NCBI GenBank assembly: GCA_038087875.1
Contig: CM075978.1
Location: forward strand, 19,282,001-19,346,000
Length of the DNA: 64,000 nucleotides
Direction: 5' to 3'
DNA from: Malacoraja senta
Taxonomy: Eukaryota
In this document: one piece after another, positions 38,790-53,880 of the stretch
How the letters are laid out: each line of letters opens with the position of its first letter
Position numbering within the stretch: position 1 is the first letter of the stretch
Made by a program: the position numbers and the translations under genes
The notes under the pieces: generated by a model
What the model saw: the letters and a program-made list of their open reading frames with translations, nothing else
Databases searched by the model: none
What the model was told of the DNA's origin: nothing

Positions 38790-40199
38790 TGACCTATAGA
38801 CATTTTTTTTTTTTTTAGGAATAATTTAGGAACAGGATGAAATTCTCAGTCTGAAGAAGGGTCTCAACCTGAAACGTCACCTATTGCTTTTCTCCAGAAA
38901 TGCTGTCTGACCTGCTGAGTTACTGCAGCTTTTTGTGTTTAACTTCGGTGTAAACCAACATCTCAGGAAAAAATTTAATGTGGTTCTGATCTACTTTTGT
39001 ACCTCTTTCAGCAGATTAAGGATAATTTAATACATTGTGGATTTCTGGAGGAAGAACCAAAAATAAGTTACTTTTTTTTATAGGGCAAATAAGTTTTAGC
39101 ATTCTGCTCTTAATAATTCAAAGGTTGGTGTTTCAAGATCTGAATTGCACTGCTATTTACATTAAGCAACGGGCCAGAGCTTGCTTGCAAACACCAGCAC
39201 TTCCCCAAACTGCTAGCATTTCTCAGCATCTATGCTATCAAATTTGTGGTATGTAACATGAGCACAAACGTGCTGCAGTTGAGAATCTGCCTACTGATAC
39301 CTCCAGCACCAAGTTACATCTGTTGCAGGAATGACAAGTCAATTTGTTTCAGAAGAATTAAACGGTTATGTGGGATAAGCAAGTGTTTGTTAATTTACAT
39401 TTTTTGAATTGTGGCGTTAAAAGAATATTTGTTTTCGTTTTAATATTAATACAATTTTATTGCCTTTGAATAGCTTATTTTTGAAGTGTTTAATATGTAG
39501 AAAGATTTCAACAATTTGGTGTAGAGGGCTGTCAAAGTTTTCTCAGGCAGTGCTCTTTTCTACTCCCATCATATTGTACTGCACTGGTCCAGCGGCCGAA
39601 AAACCTTACTATTTAGGGTCTGATCAGCAATTACCAGTTTGTCACACCAGTGAATGTGTAAAAAGTCAATACATGTGTGATCATGTGCTTCAGTGCTATT
39701 GACTCCAAGTTCTGGATGTTATAACTTGGTGTGATATGATACATTTTAGAAGGAAGAATGAAAAAGGACAGCGTGTGGTGCAGTTGTGAAAAAGTTTAGG
39801 AAGAAATTGAGGAAACAGTTGAAAGAGCACAAAGGATTCTTAGCTTGTTAAATCGAACCTAAATGATTTTAAAAAACAGAGATTTTTCTATGATACTGAT
39901 TAGGCCTCAACTGGGGCATTGTGGCTAATTCTGGATACCCTTTCTTAGGAAGGATGTAAAATCCTAACAGAGATCATAAAGTACATTTGAGAGGGAAATT
40001 GAGGGGAGCAGGAAAAAGCAGGGGAGGGAGGTCAAAACATTCAATAAAATGAGCTCTTGCCTTGCTATATTTTGTGACCTAAAATGGGAATTCGATTTAT
40101 ATACCCAAAAGGGTATATAATCGAAAAAGCACTGAAAAGTCGCCTAAGTGGGACAAGCCCATAACTTATTTATCACTGATGGTCTGCATTTACCTAGAC

Positions 40200-42680
40200 T
40201 GTCAATAGACAATAGACAATATACAATAGGGACATTCGGCCCTTCGAGCAAGCACCGCCATTCACTGTGATCATGGCTGATCATCCACCATCAGTGCCCT
40301 GTTCCTGCCTTCTCCCCATATCCCTTGACTCCGCTATCTTTAAGAGCTCTATCTAACTCTCTATTGAAAGCATCCAGAGAATTGGCCTCCACTGCCTTCT
40401 GAGGCAGAGAATTCCACAGATTCACAACTCTCTGGGTGAAAAGGTTTTTCCTGGATCTCCATTCTAAATGGCTTACCCCTTATTCTTAAACTGTGGCCCC
40501 TGGTTCTGGTCTCCCCCAACATTGGGAACATGTTTCATGCCTCTAGCGTGTCCAATCCCTTAATCTTATATGTTTCAATAATATCCCCTCTCATCCTTCG
40601 AAATTCCAGAGTATACAAGTCCAGTCGTTCCATTCTATCAACATATGACAGTCCCGCCATCCCGGGAATTAACCTCGTGAACCTAGGCTGAACTCCCTCA
40701 ATAGCAAGAATGTCCTTCCTCAAATTTGGAGACCAAAACTGCGCATAATACTCCAGGTGTTGTCTCACTAGGGCCCTGTACAACTGTAGAAGGACCTCTT
40801 TGCTCCTATACTTAACTCCTCTTGTTGTGAAGGCCAACATGCCATTAGCTTTCTTCACTGCCTGCTGTATCTGTACATGATGAATAAGGACTCCCAGATC
40901 TTGTTGTACTTCTCCTTTTCCCAACTTGACATCATTCAGATAATACTCTGCCCTCCTCTTTTTACCACCAAAGTGGATAACTTCACATTTATCCACATTA
41001 AACTGCACCTGTCATGCATCTGCCCACTCACCCAACCTGTCCAAGTCACCCTGCATCCTCATAGCATCCTCCTTACAGTTCACACTGCCACCCAGCTTTG
41101 TGTCATCTGCAAATTTGCTAATGTTACTTTTAATCCCTTAATCTAAATCATTAATATATATTGTAAATAGCTGCGGACCCAGCACCGAGCCTTGCAGTAC
41201 CCCACTAGTCACTGCCGGCCATTCTGAAAGGGACCCGTTAATCCCTACTCATTGTTTCCTGTCTGCCAACCAATTTTCTATCCATGTCAGTACCCTACCC
41301 CCAATACCATGTGCTCTAATTTTGCCCACAAATCAACTATGTGGGACCTTATCAAAGGCTTTCTGAAAGTCCATGTACTTTAATCCACTGGCTCTCCCTT
41401 ATCCATTTTCCTTGTTACATCCTCAAAAAATTCCAGAGGATTAGTCAAACATGATTTCCCCTTCGTAAATCCATGCTAACTCGGACTGATCCTGTTGCAG
41501 CTATCCAAATGTGCCGCTATTTCATCTTTTATAATTGACTCCAGCATCTTCTCCACTTCCGATTCAGGCTAACTGGTCTATAATTCCCTGTTTTCTCTCT
41601 CCCGCCTTAAAGTGGGATAACGTTATCTACCCTCCAATCCACAGGAACTGATCCTGAATCTATAAAACATTGGAAAATTATCACTAATGCATCCACGATT
41701 TCTAGAGCCACTTAAGTACCCTGGGATGCAGACCATCAGGCCCTGGGGATTTAGCAGCTTTCAGACCCATCAGTCTACCCAACACCATTTCCTGCCTAAT
41801 GTGAATTTCCTTCAGTTCCTGTGTCACCCTAGGTCCTCTGGCCACTAGTACATATGGGAGATTGTTTTTGTCTTCCCTAGTGAAGACAGATCCAAAGTAC
41901 CTGTTCATCTGCCATTTCCTTGTTCCCCATAATAAATTCACCTGTTTCTGTCTTCGAGGGTTCAACTTTGGTCTTAACTAATTCTTTCCTCTTCACATAC
42001 CTGAAGAAGCTATTACTATCCTTCTTTATATTCTTGACTAGCTTCCCTTCATACCTCACCTTTTCTCCCCGTATTGCCTTTTTAGTTATCTACTGTTGCT
42101 CTTTAAAAGTTTCCCAATTCCCTGGCTTCCCGCTCATCTTTGCTATGTTATAATTCTTCTCTTTTATTTTTATACTATCCTTGACTTCCCTTGTCAGCCA
42201 CGGTCGCCCCTTACTTCCCTTAGAATCTTTCTTCCTCTTTGGAATGAACTGATCCTGCACCTTCTGTATTATTCCCAGAAATACCTGCCATTGTTATTCC
42301 ACTGTCATCCCTGCTAGGGTATCTTTCCAGTCAACTTTGGCCAGCTTCTCCCTCATGGCTCCATAGTCCCCTTTGTTCAACTGTAATACTGACGCTTCTG
42401 ATTTTCCCTTCTAATGCTCCTTTACCTCGAGTTCCCTTATTAAATCTGGTTCCTTGCACAACACTAAATCCAGAATTGCCTTCTCTCTGGTAGGCTCCAG
42501 TACAAGCTGCTCTAAGAATCCATCTTGGAGGCACTCCAGAAACTCGCTTTCTTGGGGTCCAGTTAAAAACCTGATTTTCCAAGTCTACCTACATGTTGAA
42601 ATCTCCCATAACAACCATAACATTACCTTTGCGACATGCCAATTTTAACTCTTGATTCAACTTGCACGCTACATCCTTGC
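40200..42680 (-). mobile_element. Long CR1 LINE fragment (part of endonuclease, RT, 3' UTR)
   Basis: KSPGPDGLHPRVLK, MQFNVDKCEVIHFG, HLEYYAQFWSP; (CTATTGT)n tail. Confidence 0.92.
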
Positions 42681-42749
42681 TGCTTTTCTTAAATAAAGGC
42701 ACAATGTTAGCCATCCAGTCTTCTGGAACCACATCCGAAACTAAAGATG

Positions 42750-43045
42750 ATACAGTGGTGCATCTGGTTGAGCTGTTGCCTCACTGTACCAGAGACTCTG
42801 ATTTGATCCTGACCTCTAGTGCTGTCTGTGTGTAGTTTGCACATTCTCCAAGTGCTTCGGTTTCCTCCCACATTCCAAAGATGTGTAAGTTAATTGGCCT
42901 CTGTGGGAAAAAAAATTGTCCCAAGTATGTCAGGACTAGATGAGAAAGTGCTATAACATAGAAGTAATATGAACAGGGGGTGGTAGATGGTCAGCGTGGA
43001 ATCGGTGAGCTGAAGTGCCTATTTCCATGCAATATCTCCAAAACG
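42750..43045 (+). mobile_element. HE1/V-SINE-type SINE, diverged
   Basis: CAGTGGTGCATCTGG head, GGTTTCCTCCCACATTCCAAAGA core. Confidence 0.75.
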
Positions 43046-43484
43046 AAAAAAAAAACCTTCTTCTCCCTCAATTTCCAAGTTTCCATGATCTTCACAGTAA
43101 ATATGGTTGCAGCCCACGATCATTCTGTATTTACACCCAGAATACTGATCTGAGTAGCTCTTGGAACATTGCCATGAGTTATTAAGAGTCCTATTAATGT
43201 CTAACATATAGAAAATTGGAGCCACAGCAATCATTTTGTGGTCGTAGATGCTAGGTCACAAATCCATGCACCCTTTCTAAGAATGAGCATGGTTAATAAC
43301 TTAATTGTTGAGGAGCTGGGTTTCAAACTTAATGATTACAACATGGGCTAGTCAGTCGCACCCAAGAAAGTTTTAAGAATAATTTAATCAGTTATGATTC
43401 TTTCTCTTGATTAAAAGAAGATTGTATTTTGGCTACATGTGTTTTTACATAGTACTGAAGCACGATCTTAACCCATGTTTGCAG

Positions 43485-43952
43485 TTGCCAATTAATCTAC
43501 CAGTCTGTCTTCTGAGCTTTGGGGGGACACTTGCACTTGCATTTGTCATAGAATGTACAAACTCCAAAGGGAAAGCGTTCCAGATCGGGATCGATCCTGG
43601 GTCGCTGCAGTACTGAGGCAGCAGAAGGAGTTGTTGCACAGTGGCTCAGCATGTCGAGCTGTCTCGTATTGCCAGACACCTGATCGATCCTGATCTCTGG
43701 TGTTGTCTGTATAGAGTTTGCAAGTTCTTCCTGTGATCATATGTATTTCCTCCAGCTGTTTCCGTTTCCTTCCCCAACCTAAAGACATACGGATTTGTAG
43801 GTTAATTGGCCTCTGTAAATTGCCTCTAGTGTGTAGGGAATGAATGAGAAAGTGGGATTACAGATAACTAATGTGAACAGGTGATCGATGGTCAATGTAG
43901 ACTTGTTGGGCTGAATGGCCTGTTTCCGTGCTGTATCTTTCAATCAATCAAT
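43485..43952. mobile_element. Divergent pair of HE1/V-SINE-type SINEs (- 43485-43640; + 43637-43952)
   Basis: Both show B-box-like and V-core sequence; plus copy ends in (CAAT)n. Confidence 0.7.
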
Positions 43953-44614
43953 TTGTGTCTTCTAATTCTAGGGAGTATTCGGAAAAGAGTTTCCAAATGA
44001 CTAGAAGCAATTCAAAGTGGTGTCTAGATGAACAAAACATGAACAACAAATAAACGTAACCTCAGATGCTAAACATGATCAAATCTTAGAATGCATGTCC
44101 AGGTGTCCAGGCATTCTCCTGCACCTCGTGAGTGTAGCTATGAGGTGCCATGATTTGATTGCTGTTTCCCTACTGTGTGTGAATGGACTGGGTATTGCAG
44201 AGTTTTGGCATCAAAAACATTCCTCTCGCTGTGATCTAGTTCAAGAAGGCCAGCAGCCACAGATCCTCTTACACTTGTGTTATGGCCGAAGCTTGGAGAC
44301 AGGAGATCCTGAGACTTGCGAAGTTCGGGTGCTGGGGGGAGGCAATGTGCGTATTAGTATGGCTACGAGGATTAGAGGCAAAGCCTGGGTGGCACGGATG
44401 GTTGTTGTACTAGAGATCTTGCAATACTGCCTGCGATGGTGTAGTGTGTGGAGATAGGATTGACAAGTAAGGTATGTTATCTACTTACCTGGTGCATTTT
44501 GCAGTGTGTGCATTTCCTCATTGTAGGAATGCTTTCAATGTCTAATCTATGTTAACCTTTCAGGTGGAGAATCTAGAATTGTTCAGATATTGAAGGCAAG
44601 ATGGCATTTTTTAA

Positions 44615-44818
<204 letters not shown>

Positions 44819-45121
44819 TGATATGTATCTACTTACGATATAGATAAAACTAGCACATATTAGACAGAGAAAGATGGCTCCACACACACTCGTGTTGGGA
44901 TCAAAAGCAGGAATGATTTATTTCCAAGTCAAAGGTCTGACTTACATAATTATATGCACGAGTCTGAGCATGTGCGAGAATGAGTACAGCTCATATGCAT
45001 AAATTACATGGATATCGTCACATCCTTTCCTTTTTGACATTTTGGGATTACATTTCCAACGATCCAAAATAAAGCAAACCTGAACACTTTTCATAATATT
45101 ACACCGTAGTATTGAATAAAA

Positions 45122-47889
45122 CAAGTCAAGTCAAGTCAAGTGAGTTTATTGTCATGTGTCCCTGGTAGGACAATGAAATTCTTGCTTTGCTTGAGCACAA
45201 CAGAACATAGTAGGCATTTACTACAAGGCATTCTATAAATATATACACAATGGTCAATATACTGATAAAGTGCAAATAACAGTATTGGCTAGTAAAGTTC
45301 AGTGTTATGTCCGAGCCAGGTTTAATAGCCTGATGGCTGTGGGGAAGTAGCTGTTCCTGAACCTGGTCATTGCAGTCTTCAGGCTCCTGTACCTTCTACC
45401 TGAAGGTAGTAGGGAGATGAGTGTGTGGCCAGGATGGTGTGGGTCCTTGATGATGCTGCCAGCCTTTTTGAGGCAGAGACTGTGGTAGATCCCCTCGATG
45501 GAAGGGAGGTCAGAGCCGATGATGGACTGGGCAGTGTTTACTACTTTTTGTAGTCTTTTCCTCTCCAGGGCACTCGAGTTGCCGAACCAAGCCACGATGC
45601 AACCGGTCAGCATGCTCTCTACTGTGCACCTGTAGAAGTTAGAGAGAGTCCTCCTTGACAAACCGACTCTCCGTAATCTTCTCAGGAAGTAGAGGCGCTG
45701 ATGTGCTTTCTTAATAATGGCATCATTGTTCTCGGACCAGGAAAGATCTTCAGAGATGTGCACGCCCAGGAATTTGAAGCTCTTGACCCTTTCAACCATC
45801 GACCCGTTGATATAAACGGGACTGTGGGTCCCCATCCTACTCCTTCCAAAGTCCACAATCAGTTCCTTGGTTTTGCTGGTGTTGAGGGCCAGGTTGTTGT
45901 GCTGGCACCATATGGACAGTTGCTCGATCTCTCTTCTATACTCTGACTCATCCCCATCAGTGATACGTCCCACAACAGTGGTGTCATCAGCGAACTTGAT
46001 GATGGAGTTCGCACTATGTCCGGCTACGCAGTCATGAGTATAGAGTGAGTACAGCAGGGGACTGAGCACGCAGCCTTGAGGTGCTCCCGTGCTAATTGTT
46101 ATCGAGTCTGACACATTTCCACCAATACGAACAGACTGTGGTCTGAGAGTGAGGAAGTCGAGGATCCATTTGCAGAGGGATGCGCAGAGACCCAGTTCTG
46201 CGAGTTTGGTAACCAGCTTGGAGGGGATGATTGTGTTAAATGCCGAGCTGTAATCGATGAATAACAGCCTGACATATGAGTTTTTGTTGTCCAAGTGGTC
46301 CAGAGAGGGCCAGCGAGATCGCATCCACCATTGATCTGTTGTGGCGGTAAGCGAACTGCAGTGGGTCCAGGTTTTTGTCGAGGTAGGAGTTGATCTGCGT
46401 CATGATCAACCTCTCAAAGCACTTCATCACCACAGGCGTTAGTGCCACAGGTCGATAGTCATTGAGGCACGTTACCTTACTCTTCTTGGGCACTGGTATA
46501 ATTGATGCCCTTTTGAAGCAGGTGGGGACCTCAGACCTCAGAAGTGAGAGGTTGAAAATGTCTGTAAAAACTCCAGCCAGTTGGTCCGCACATGTTTTTA
46601 GAACGCGACCAGGTATACCATCAGGTCCAGGCGCTTTTCGAGGGTTCACCCCTATGAAGGATTTCCTGACGTCGGCCTCTGTGACTGAGACTGAAATACC
46701 ATCACAGCGAATGGGGGCTCGGCAAGGCACATCGGTGTTCTCCCTATCAAAGCGTGCGTAAAACGCATTGAGCTCATCAGGGAGTGATGTTTCGCCGACA
46801 TTCGAGCTGCCTCCTGATTTCGCCTTGTAAGAGGTAATTGCATTCAGGCCCTGCCACAGCCGCCGAACATCAGTCTCTTCCTCCAGCTTGGAGCAGGTCC
46901 CTTTTGGCCTTTTTGATGGCCTTACCAAGGTCGTATCTGGACTCCTTGCAGGCCACTGTATCATCAGACATGAATGCCCGGTGTCTGGACTTCAGAAGAG
47001 TGCGGATCTCAAAGTTCATCCAAGGTTTCTGATTGGGAAACGCTCGGGAGGTTTTGGTGGGGATGCAGTCCTCCACACACTTCTTAATGAAGTTTGTAAC
47101 GACTGTGGCGTATTCGTTCAGGTCCGTTGCCGAGTCCTTGAACATTGCCCAGTCTACAGACTCCAAAGAGTCCTGGAGTTGTTCCTCTGCCCCCCCTGAC
47201 CAGCTCTGTACTGTCCTCACCTCTGGGGGTGCGCTCTTTAATTGCTGCCTGTAGGCAGGAAGAAGCAGCACCGCGGTGTGGTCGGATTTACCGAAGTGAG
47301 GGTGAGGGATAGAGCGATAGGCATTCTTGATGGTGGTGTAGCAGTGGTCGAGGGTGTTTGATCCTCTGGTGCAGCAGGAGACATGTTGGTGGAAGTTAGG
47401 GAGTGATTTCTTTAGGTTTGCCTTATTGAAGTCCCCGGCTATGGTGGTAAACGCCTCGGGGTAAGACGTCTGGTGTTTGTTGACCACGGCGTGCAGCTCC
47501 CTCAGTGCCAGACGGACGTCTGCCTGGGGTGGGATGTAGACCGCGGTCAGGATGATGGAGGTGAATTCCCTCGGAAGGTAGAAGGGACGACACTTCACCG
47601 CCAGATGTTCGAGGTGTGGAGAGCAGGAGTTGGACAGGACTGCCACGTCTGAGCACCACGCAGAGTTGACCATGAGGCAGACGCCCCCTCCTCTCCCTTT
47701 CCCAGATGCCAGTGTACGGTCCATACGATGGATGGAGAACCCTTCAGGCTGGACCGCTGAATCTGGGGAGCTGGGGGTGAGCCATGTCTCTGTGAAACAG
47801 AACACAGAGCATTCCCTCAGCTCCCTTTGATAAAGCAGTCTTGCCCTTAAGTCCTCCACTTTATTTTCAAGGGACTGTACGTTGGCCAA
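45122..47889 (-). mobile_element. Rex1/Babar LINE, near-complete APE-RT ORF broken into three frames
   Basis: ANVQSLENK..CFTETWL, AGDFN, SDH (APE); [43 protein letters not shown] (RT); (CTTGA)n tail. Confidence 0.9.
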
Positions 47890-47964
47890 CTGTCATTTCA
47901 CAATTTCAACCATAGTCATACTTGTGACTTGTTTCATTAACACACAATAATGTTCACATGCTTT

Positions 47965-48341
47965 CTTCTCAGCATTTAGTTTTTATGCACCACATATCTG
48001 GAACAAACTCCCAGAAAACTGCAGGTCTGCTGCAACTCTCAGCTCTTTTAAATCTAGACTGAAGACTTTTCTGTTTGCCGCTGCCTTTCAGTAAAGAACA
48101 CAATTTATTAATTACCTATACTGCACTGTAACTTCTATTCCTGGTTTTATTCTATTTTAAATATTTTATTTGATTGCTTTTAATTTTGTAATTATTTTAT
48201 CTGAATAATCTAATAATCATTTTATATCTGAATGTCATTTTATATGTGTTTCTTTCAAATGCTTTAAATGTTTTATGTAAAGCACTTTGAATTACCTTGT
48301 GGTTGAAAGGTGCTATACAAATAAATGCCTTGCCTTGCCTA
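47965..48341 (+). mobile_element. L2 LINE 3' end nested in the Gypsy element
   Basis: AFSFYAPHIWNKLPENCRSAATLSSFKSRLKTFLF; GTAAAGCACTTTG..GTGCTATACAAATAAA plus (GCCTT)n. Confidence 0.85.
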
Positions 48342-51300
48342 AGGATGTATGTACATCACAATAAAACACCTTACTTCTTGACATACTCACCATATATTTC
48401 AGGCAGTCTGACAACTCCTCCTGCCCTAGTCTGTGTGATGGTGTTTCTTTCAGAAGTGTCTTTCTTTTCAGTGTGTACATTCTGGGCATCACTTCTAGTT
48501 TCTTCTCCTGTGTCACTTTGTTTTTGTCTAGTTTTCTCTGTGTTATGAGTTTCACGAGTTGCATATTTTTCTGGTGATGCATGTTTTTCCTGTGTCAGCT
48601 GAGGTTGCAAAGGTTTCTCGGACTTCTCCGCTTCTCGTGGTTTCTCTGGAGTTATGTGTGGGGATAGTTCTCCGGTCTTCTTCAGATCCACTCGATTATG
48701 TCGGATTAGAAGTCCTGACTTTGTATGATCTCTCATCCAGTCGTTTCTGAGATGTTGCTCTCTGCCATCTGTTATCTCCTATTTTATAGGGTTTGAGTGT
48801 TACGACATCACCTTCTTCCAGGATTGGTTGATCCTTGGCATGTTGGTTGTAGATCTTTGACTCTTTTCCTCGGAAATCCTTCATCTTTTCCCTCTCTTCT
48901 GTGAGTCTCAGCACCACGTGGTTTGAGGAGGTTTGATGTGCTTGGAAGTGACGTTCTTGTTCTCCTTCTATGTAGTCTTTGTGCAGGACTACTGTTCACT
49001 ACTTGCGCAGGGGTGTTGCACAATTCCAATATTGCCAAGTAGACATTTGTCTTGCAGTGAGTGGTTTTCTTCAGTACTCGCTTAGCTGCCTTGACTGCCG
49101 ATTCCACCTTTCCATTAGCTTGGCTATGTCTTGGAGAAATTGTGCAGTGGTCAAATTCCCATTTCCTGGCAAATTTGGCGAATTCCTCTGATGAGAACTG
49201 TGTCCAGTTGTCGCTTACCACAGTGCTGGGAATTCTATATCTTGCAAAGTGGTTCTTGAGTTTCACAATGACTGTCCTGCTGGTCAGGTCATACAGTCTG
49301 TCTATTTCCCAGAAATTAGATAGATAGTCAACTGTGATTAAATAATGCTTTCCCTCAAGTTCGAACAGATCGGTTCCCACTTTCTCCCATGGGCGATCTG
49401 GGAGGTCATGGGGTATCAGAGTTTCTTTCTGATTCTGTTGTTCGAACGTCCTGCAGGCTTCACTGTTTGAAATGAACTGCTTCACATCGGAGTTCATTCC
49501 AGGCCAGAAAATGCATTCTCTAGCACATCTGAGGGTTCCTTCTACTCCTCGGTGAGAGGTATGGAGTGTCTCCTTCATATCTTTGCATAGAGTAATAGGG
49601 ATCACAACTCTCTCTCCTCTGAATACTAGGCCGTCTTGCACACTCAACTCGCTTTTTGATGATGACTTCCAATGGCTTGTGGTCACTCTCAACGATCACT
49701 AGGTCACGTTCAACGATTCATAGGTGTACTGATGAAAGTGCTCGAGGCCAACACTATTGCTAGTGCCTCCTTCTCAATCTGAGCATATCTTTGCTCGGTT
49801 GGCGTCAATGCTCGACTCACATAGGACAGCGGTTGTCCTTTCTGCATAAGTGTTGCACCTAGACCTGCCTTGTTTGCATGACATTGTATGGTCAGCTGGT
49901 GTGTAGTACGCCAGGATAGGTGCCATTGTCAACAGCTCCTTGATCTTTGACATTGCCGTGTCATGTTCTGATGACCATTCCCACTCTGCATCCTTGTGGG
50001 TCAATCTCCTCAAAGGCTTGAATGTGTCCGACATCATTGGCAGGAATCTTGCCAAGTAGTTTACACTGCCTTGTAATCTTTGGATTTCTGTTGGATTGGT
50101 TGGGTTGGGCATCTCCAGGATAGCCTGGATCTTCTTCGGGTCTGGTTTCAGACCACAATCTGTAACTACATGTCCTAGAAATGTGATACAAGTAGTTTTC
50201 ACTACCGACTTCCTCCAGTTCAGCTTGATGCCTTTGTCTCTGCATCACTGAAGATGATCTTGCAGTCTTGCATCGTGATTCCTTTCTGCATCTTCTCTGG
50301 TGTCCCCAACTCCGAATAGGATGAGGTAATCTGCAACACATTCTACTCCCTCTAATCCTTCTAGGGCTTGTTGCAGATCTGGAAGATCTCTGCACTTACT
50401 TTCATTCCAAATGACAACCTCTTCCTGCGATATCTCCCAAAAGGGATGTTCATGGTTGTTAGGAAACTGCTCTCCTCAACTAGTTTGCAGTGGAGGTATC
50501 TTGACTTCATATCGAATTTGGTGAAAATCTTCGCATTAGACAGCTCAGGGAGTACATCCTCTATGGCTGGTAGTCTGTGGATCTCCCTTTTCAGGACTTT
50601 GTTGAGGGGTCTAGGATCTATGCAGAACCTCAACTTTGTGCTGCCCTTTTTCTCCGTAACGACCAGCCTGTTACACCACTCAGTTGGTTCTTCGACTTGA
50701 GTCAAGATGTCCTGCTCGACCACCTTCATGAGACCATTCTTGACCTTCCCTTACATGGTTACAGGAACCGGCTTTGCAGAACACTGTATTGGGGTCACAT
50801 CCTCTGTCCTAGTTACCAACTTGATCTTGCCTGGTAGTCTCCCCGGTCTTTTGTCGTCAAAGACATCTTTGTAGCTCTTGAGTAATGAGCCAGTCACGCT
50901 AACAGTATTCAGGCTCTTGAAATTCTCGTAGTGAACCGTGATGAGTTTCATCTGTTGCGCAGCTTTGCCGCTCAGGAACGGTGTGAGCCAGCCTTCCTCT
51001 ACCACTATGAAGTGAACACGGTACTTCTTGTTGTTCATCTTGTTCCAGAGTATGACTTTCGTCCTACCTTCTGCCAGCAGGTTGGATCCATTGTACATCT
51101 TTAAGACTATTTTCTCTTGTCTAATGTCCTCTTTGTTAGGTACACGATCCTTGGAAATCACATTAACACTGGCACCAGTCAATCTGAAACTTGATGGCTT
51201 CTGTGCCGACCTGCATCTCAACGAATAGGCCTGAAGATGAATTGTTTCCGGCTGCATTGATCCCAATGCAACTCACAGACCCTGTGTTGGAAATGGACAT

Positions 51301-52839
51301 TGTGTCAGATATCTCTACGACCTTGTGCAGACCCCGTATCTGCTTGCTCTCCTTCCTCTGCTTGCAGCAGCAGCCGAAGTGGTTTTGTCGTCCGCATCTG
51401 TTGCAGTCCTTCCCACACGCTGGGCATTCCTCCTTTCTACGCTAGTGCGTCCTTACACAGAACTTGCGCTTGACTCTTCAGTCAGAGGAAGATCAGTCCC
51501 TGATTCTTCCTCTGCGAAGAAAAATCAACCATCTTTTCCCTCTGTTAGAATCGTTCCACCTTGTGCATTGTCGGCTCTTTGTCGATGACCTGCATTCTTG
51601 TTGCTGTTACCTCCAAGGATCTGCATATATTCACAGTATCCTGCAATGTCAGATTCCTCCTCTGAAGGAGTGTCTTCCTAGTTGACAGGTCTGCAATACC
51701 AAGGACGATGCGATCTCGAATGAGGCTTTCTCTCAGGCAATCGCAGAAGTTGCATGTTTTAGCAAGCTCCTTCATCTCTGCAACATACGATTCAATGCTT
51801 TCCGCTGGTTTCTGGTCTCGTTTATAGAAAATGAATCTTTCATATGTTTCATTCGTCTCTCCATGACGATGGAAGACATCTTGTCGATGATGACTTTCAC
51901 ATCCGTCTCATCTGCTACCGTTTCGAACGTCAGTGTATTGAAGATTCACAGTCCTTCTGGTCCAACAGTGTGCAGGTATACTGCTTTTTGATACTGTTTC
52001 TCCTTCTTATCCAGGTCTGTTATCACTGCATAATTTTTGTACATTTGTTTAAACATTTTCCACTCTTCCACACGGTTCTCTTTGAACTTTGGATTGGGTG
52101 GTGGAGTGATCTTTAAGCAGTCTCCCACATCAACCCTCGACCCCCACAGCACTGATTTACACACCGCGTCTTAGCCTTGTGTGCGCACTGACCTGCATAC
52201 CGTTCCTCTCATGCATGCAGCTAGTCCGGTCGCTGAGCGTTGAAACACTAATTCCTGAAATCTTTTCAAAGCATTTTTGCTAATCATCATAGCATCCATT
52301 TGATCCACAAATTTTCACTTTCACTGCTGCCACCATGTTTTGATATGTGTCTACTTACGATATAGGTAAAACTAGCACATATTGGACGGAGAAAGATGGC
52401 TCCACGCACACTCGTGTTGGGATCAAAAGCAGGAATGATTTATTTCCGTGAAATGTCACTGACTGATTCATATAATTATATGCGCGAGTCTGAGCATGTG
52501 CGAGAATGAGTACAGCTCAGATGCATAAATTACATGGATATTGTCACATTAATTCAATGTCCAAATACTATTTGCTTAAAGATTTATCAAGCAGATGCAT
52601 TGCCCGAGCATTGTTTTATTTTATAAAGTGATGGTGACAGAAATTAGGCCATTGCAGACCAGTTTCTTTAACATCTGTCAGAGGATAAAATAGACACAAA
52701 ATGCTAGAGTAACTCAGCGGGACAGGCAGCATCTCTGGAGAACAGGAATGGGCGACATTTCAGGTCGAGGCTCCTTCAGACCCTCCTTGTCAAAGTACAA
52801 AAGTTAGAAGCTAATATTCAGTTCAGTAAAATGGAGCAC

Positions 52840-53880
52840 TTGAGGAAAATTGAATGTAATCAGGAAAAGCCAATAAGATTTTGTAAAGGAAAGTCTTGTT
52901 TGACCATTTTATTGGACATCTTTGGACATGCTGTGGGTAAATTACATTTCCAGAAGGCATGTGACACAGTACCTCATAAAAGCTTATTGGGGAAATCTCA
53001 TGGCTTAGGAGGTAAGATTATCATGGACTGAAGTCACGGACTGGATGTCAAAACAGAAACCAGTACAGGCATATACATGTCTTTTACTAGTTAGCAAGAT
53101 TGAGTAAATTAGTGGCCACAAGGATCATTGATGGAGTCTCGGCTTTTTATAATGTAGGTAAGTTACAAAATTTGATTATGATGCAAAGGTAGCTTGGAAG
53201 CATGTTGTAAGGAGATCATAAGGAAATTACAAAGGGGTATGGATAGGAAGAAGAAAGGAATAACAGGAAGAATAAAAGCAAGCATATAATCTAAATGCTG
53301 AAAGCGCTCACATGCAGTAGGATCTGAGTGCCCTTGGCATGGTATACAGGTACAGCGGTAATTAGGAATGCGTACAATGTTCTGATTGAATGAAAAAATA
53401 TGCAAGTTATGCTTTGTTTTTGGAACCATTGTGCCAAGTGTACTATGATTGGTATTGGTCTCATTATTTCAGGAAGGATGTTAATGCCAAGGAAGTAATG
53501 CTGGGAAATTTTACTTGGCTGCTACCCAGATGGTAGGGGTTGGAATGGGAAGTGGTCAGGAGGTGACTGTTGAGAGAGTAAATGTGAATCTGATAATTTC
53601 CCATGAGGCCTTGAGAGGACGGATGTGGATGGATTATTGTGGGAGAATTTGGAATTTAGGGTCACTTTTAAAATAACATGCTGCTTATTTAACAGGGGAA
53701 ATTGAAACCATTTTTGCTTTTTGCTTTTGGGGTCATGTGCTCTTCCTCAAGGGGCATGTTCAGAATTGTTCAGATATTTGATAAACAAAGGATGAAAATG
53801 CCCTTAAGTAAATGGGAATATAAAATTGAAGTTACAGATTAGTTCAACCTTGATCTTATTAAATGGCCAAATTGCCAAAT
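52840..53880 (+). mobile_element. Highly decayed CR1
   Basis: FCKGKSCLT.LL..F, FQKACDTVPH, GxPQGS remnants. Confidence 0.6.
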
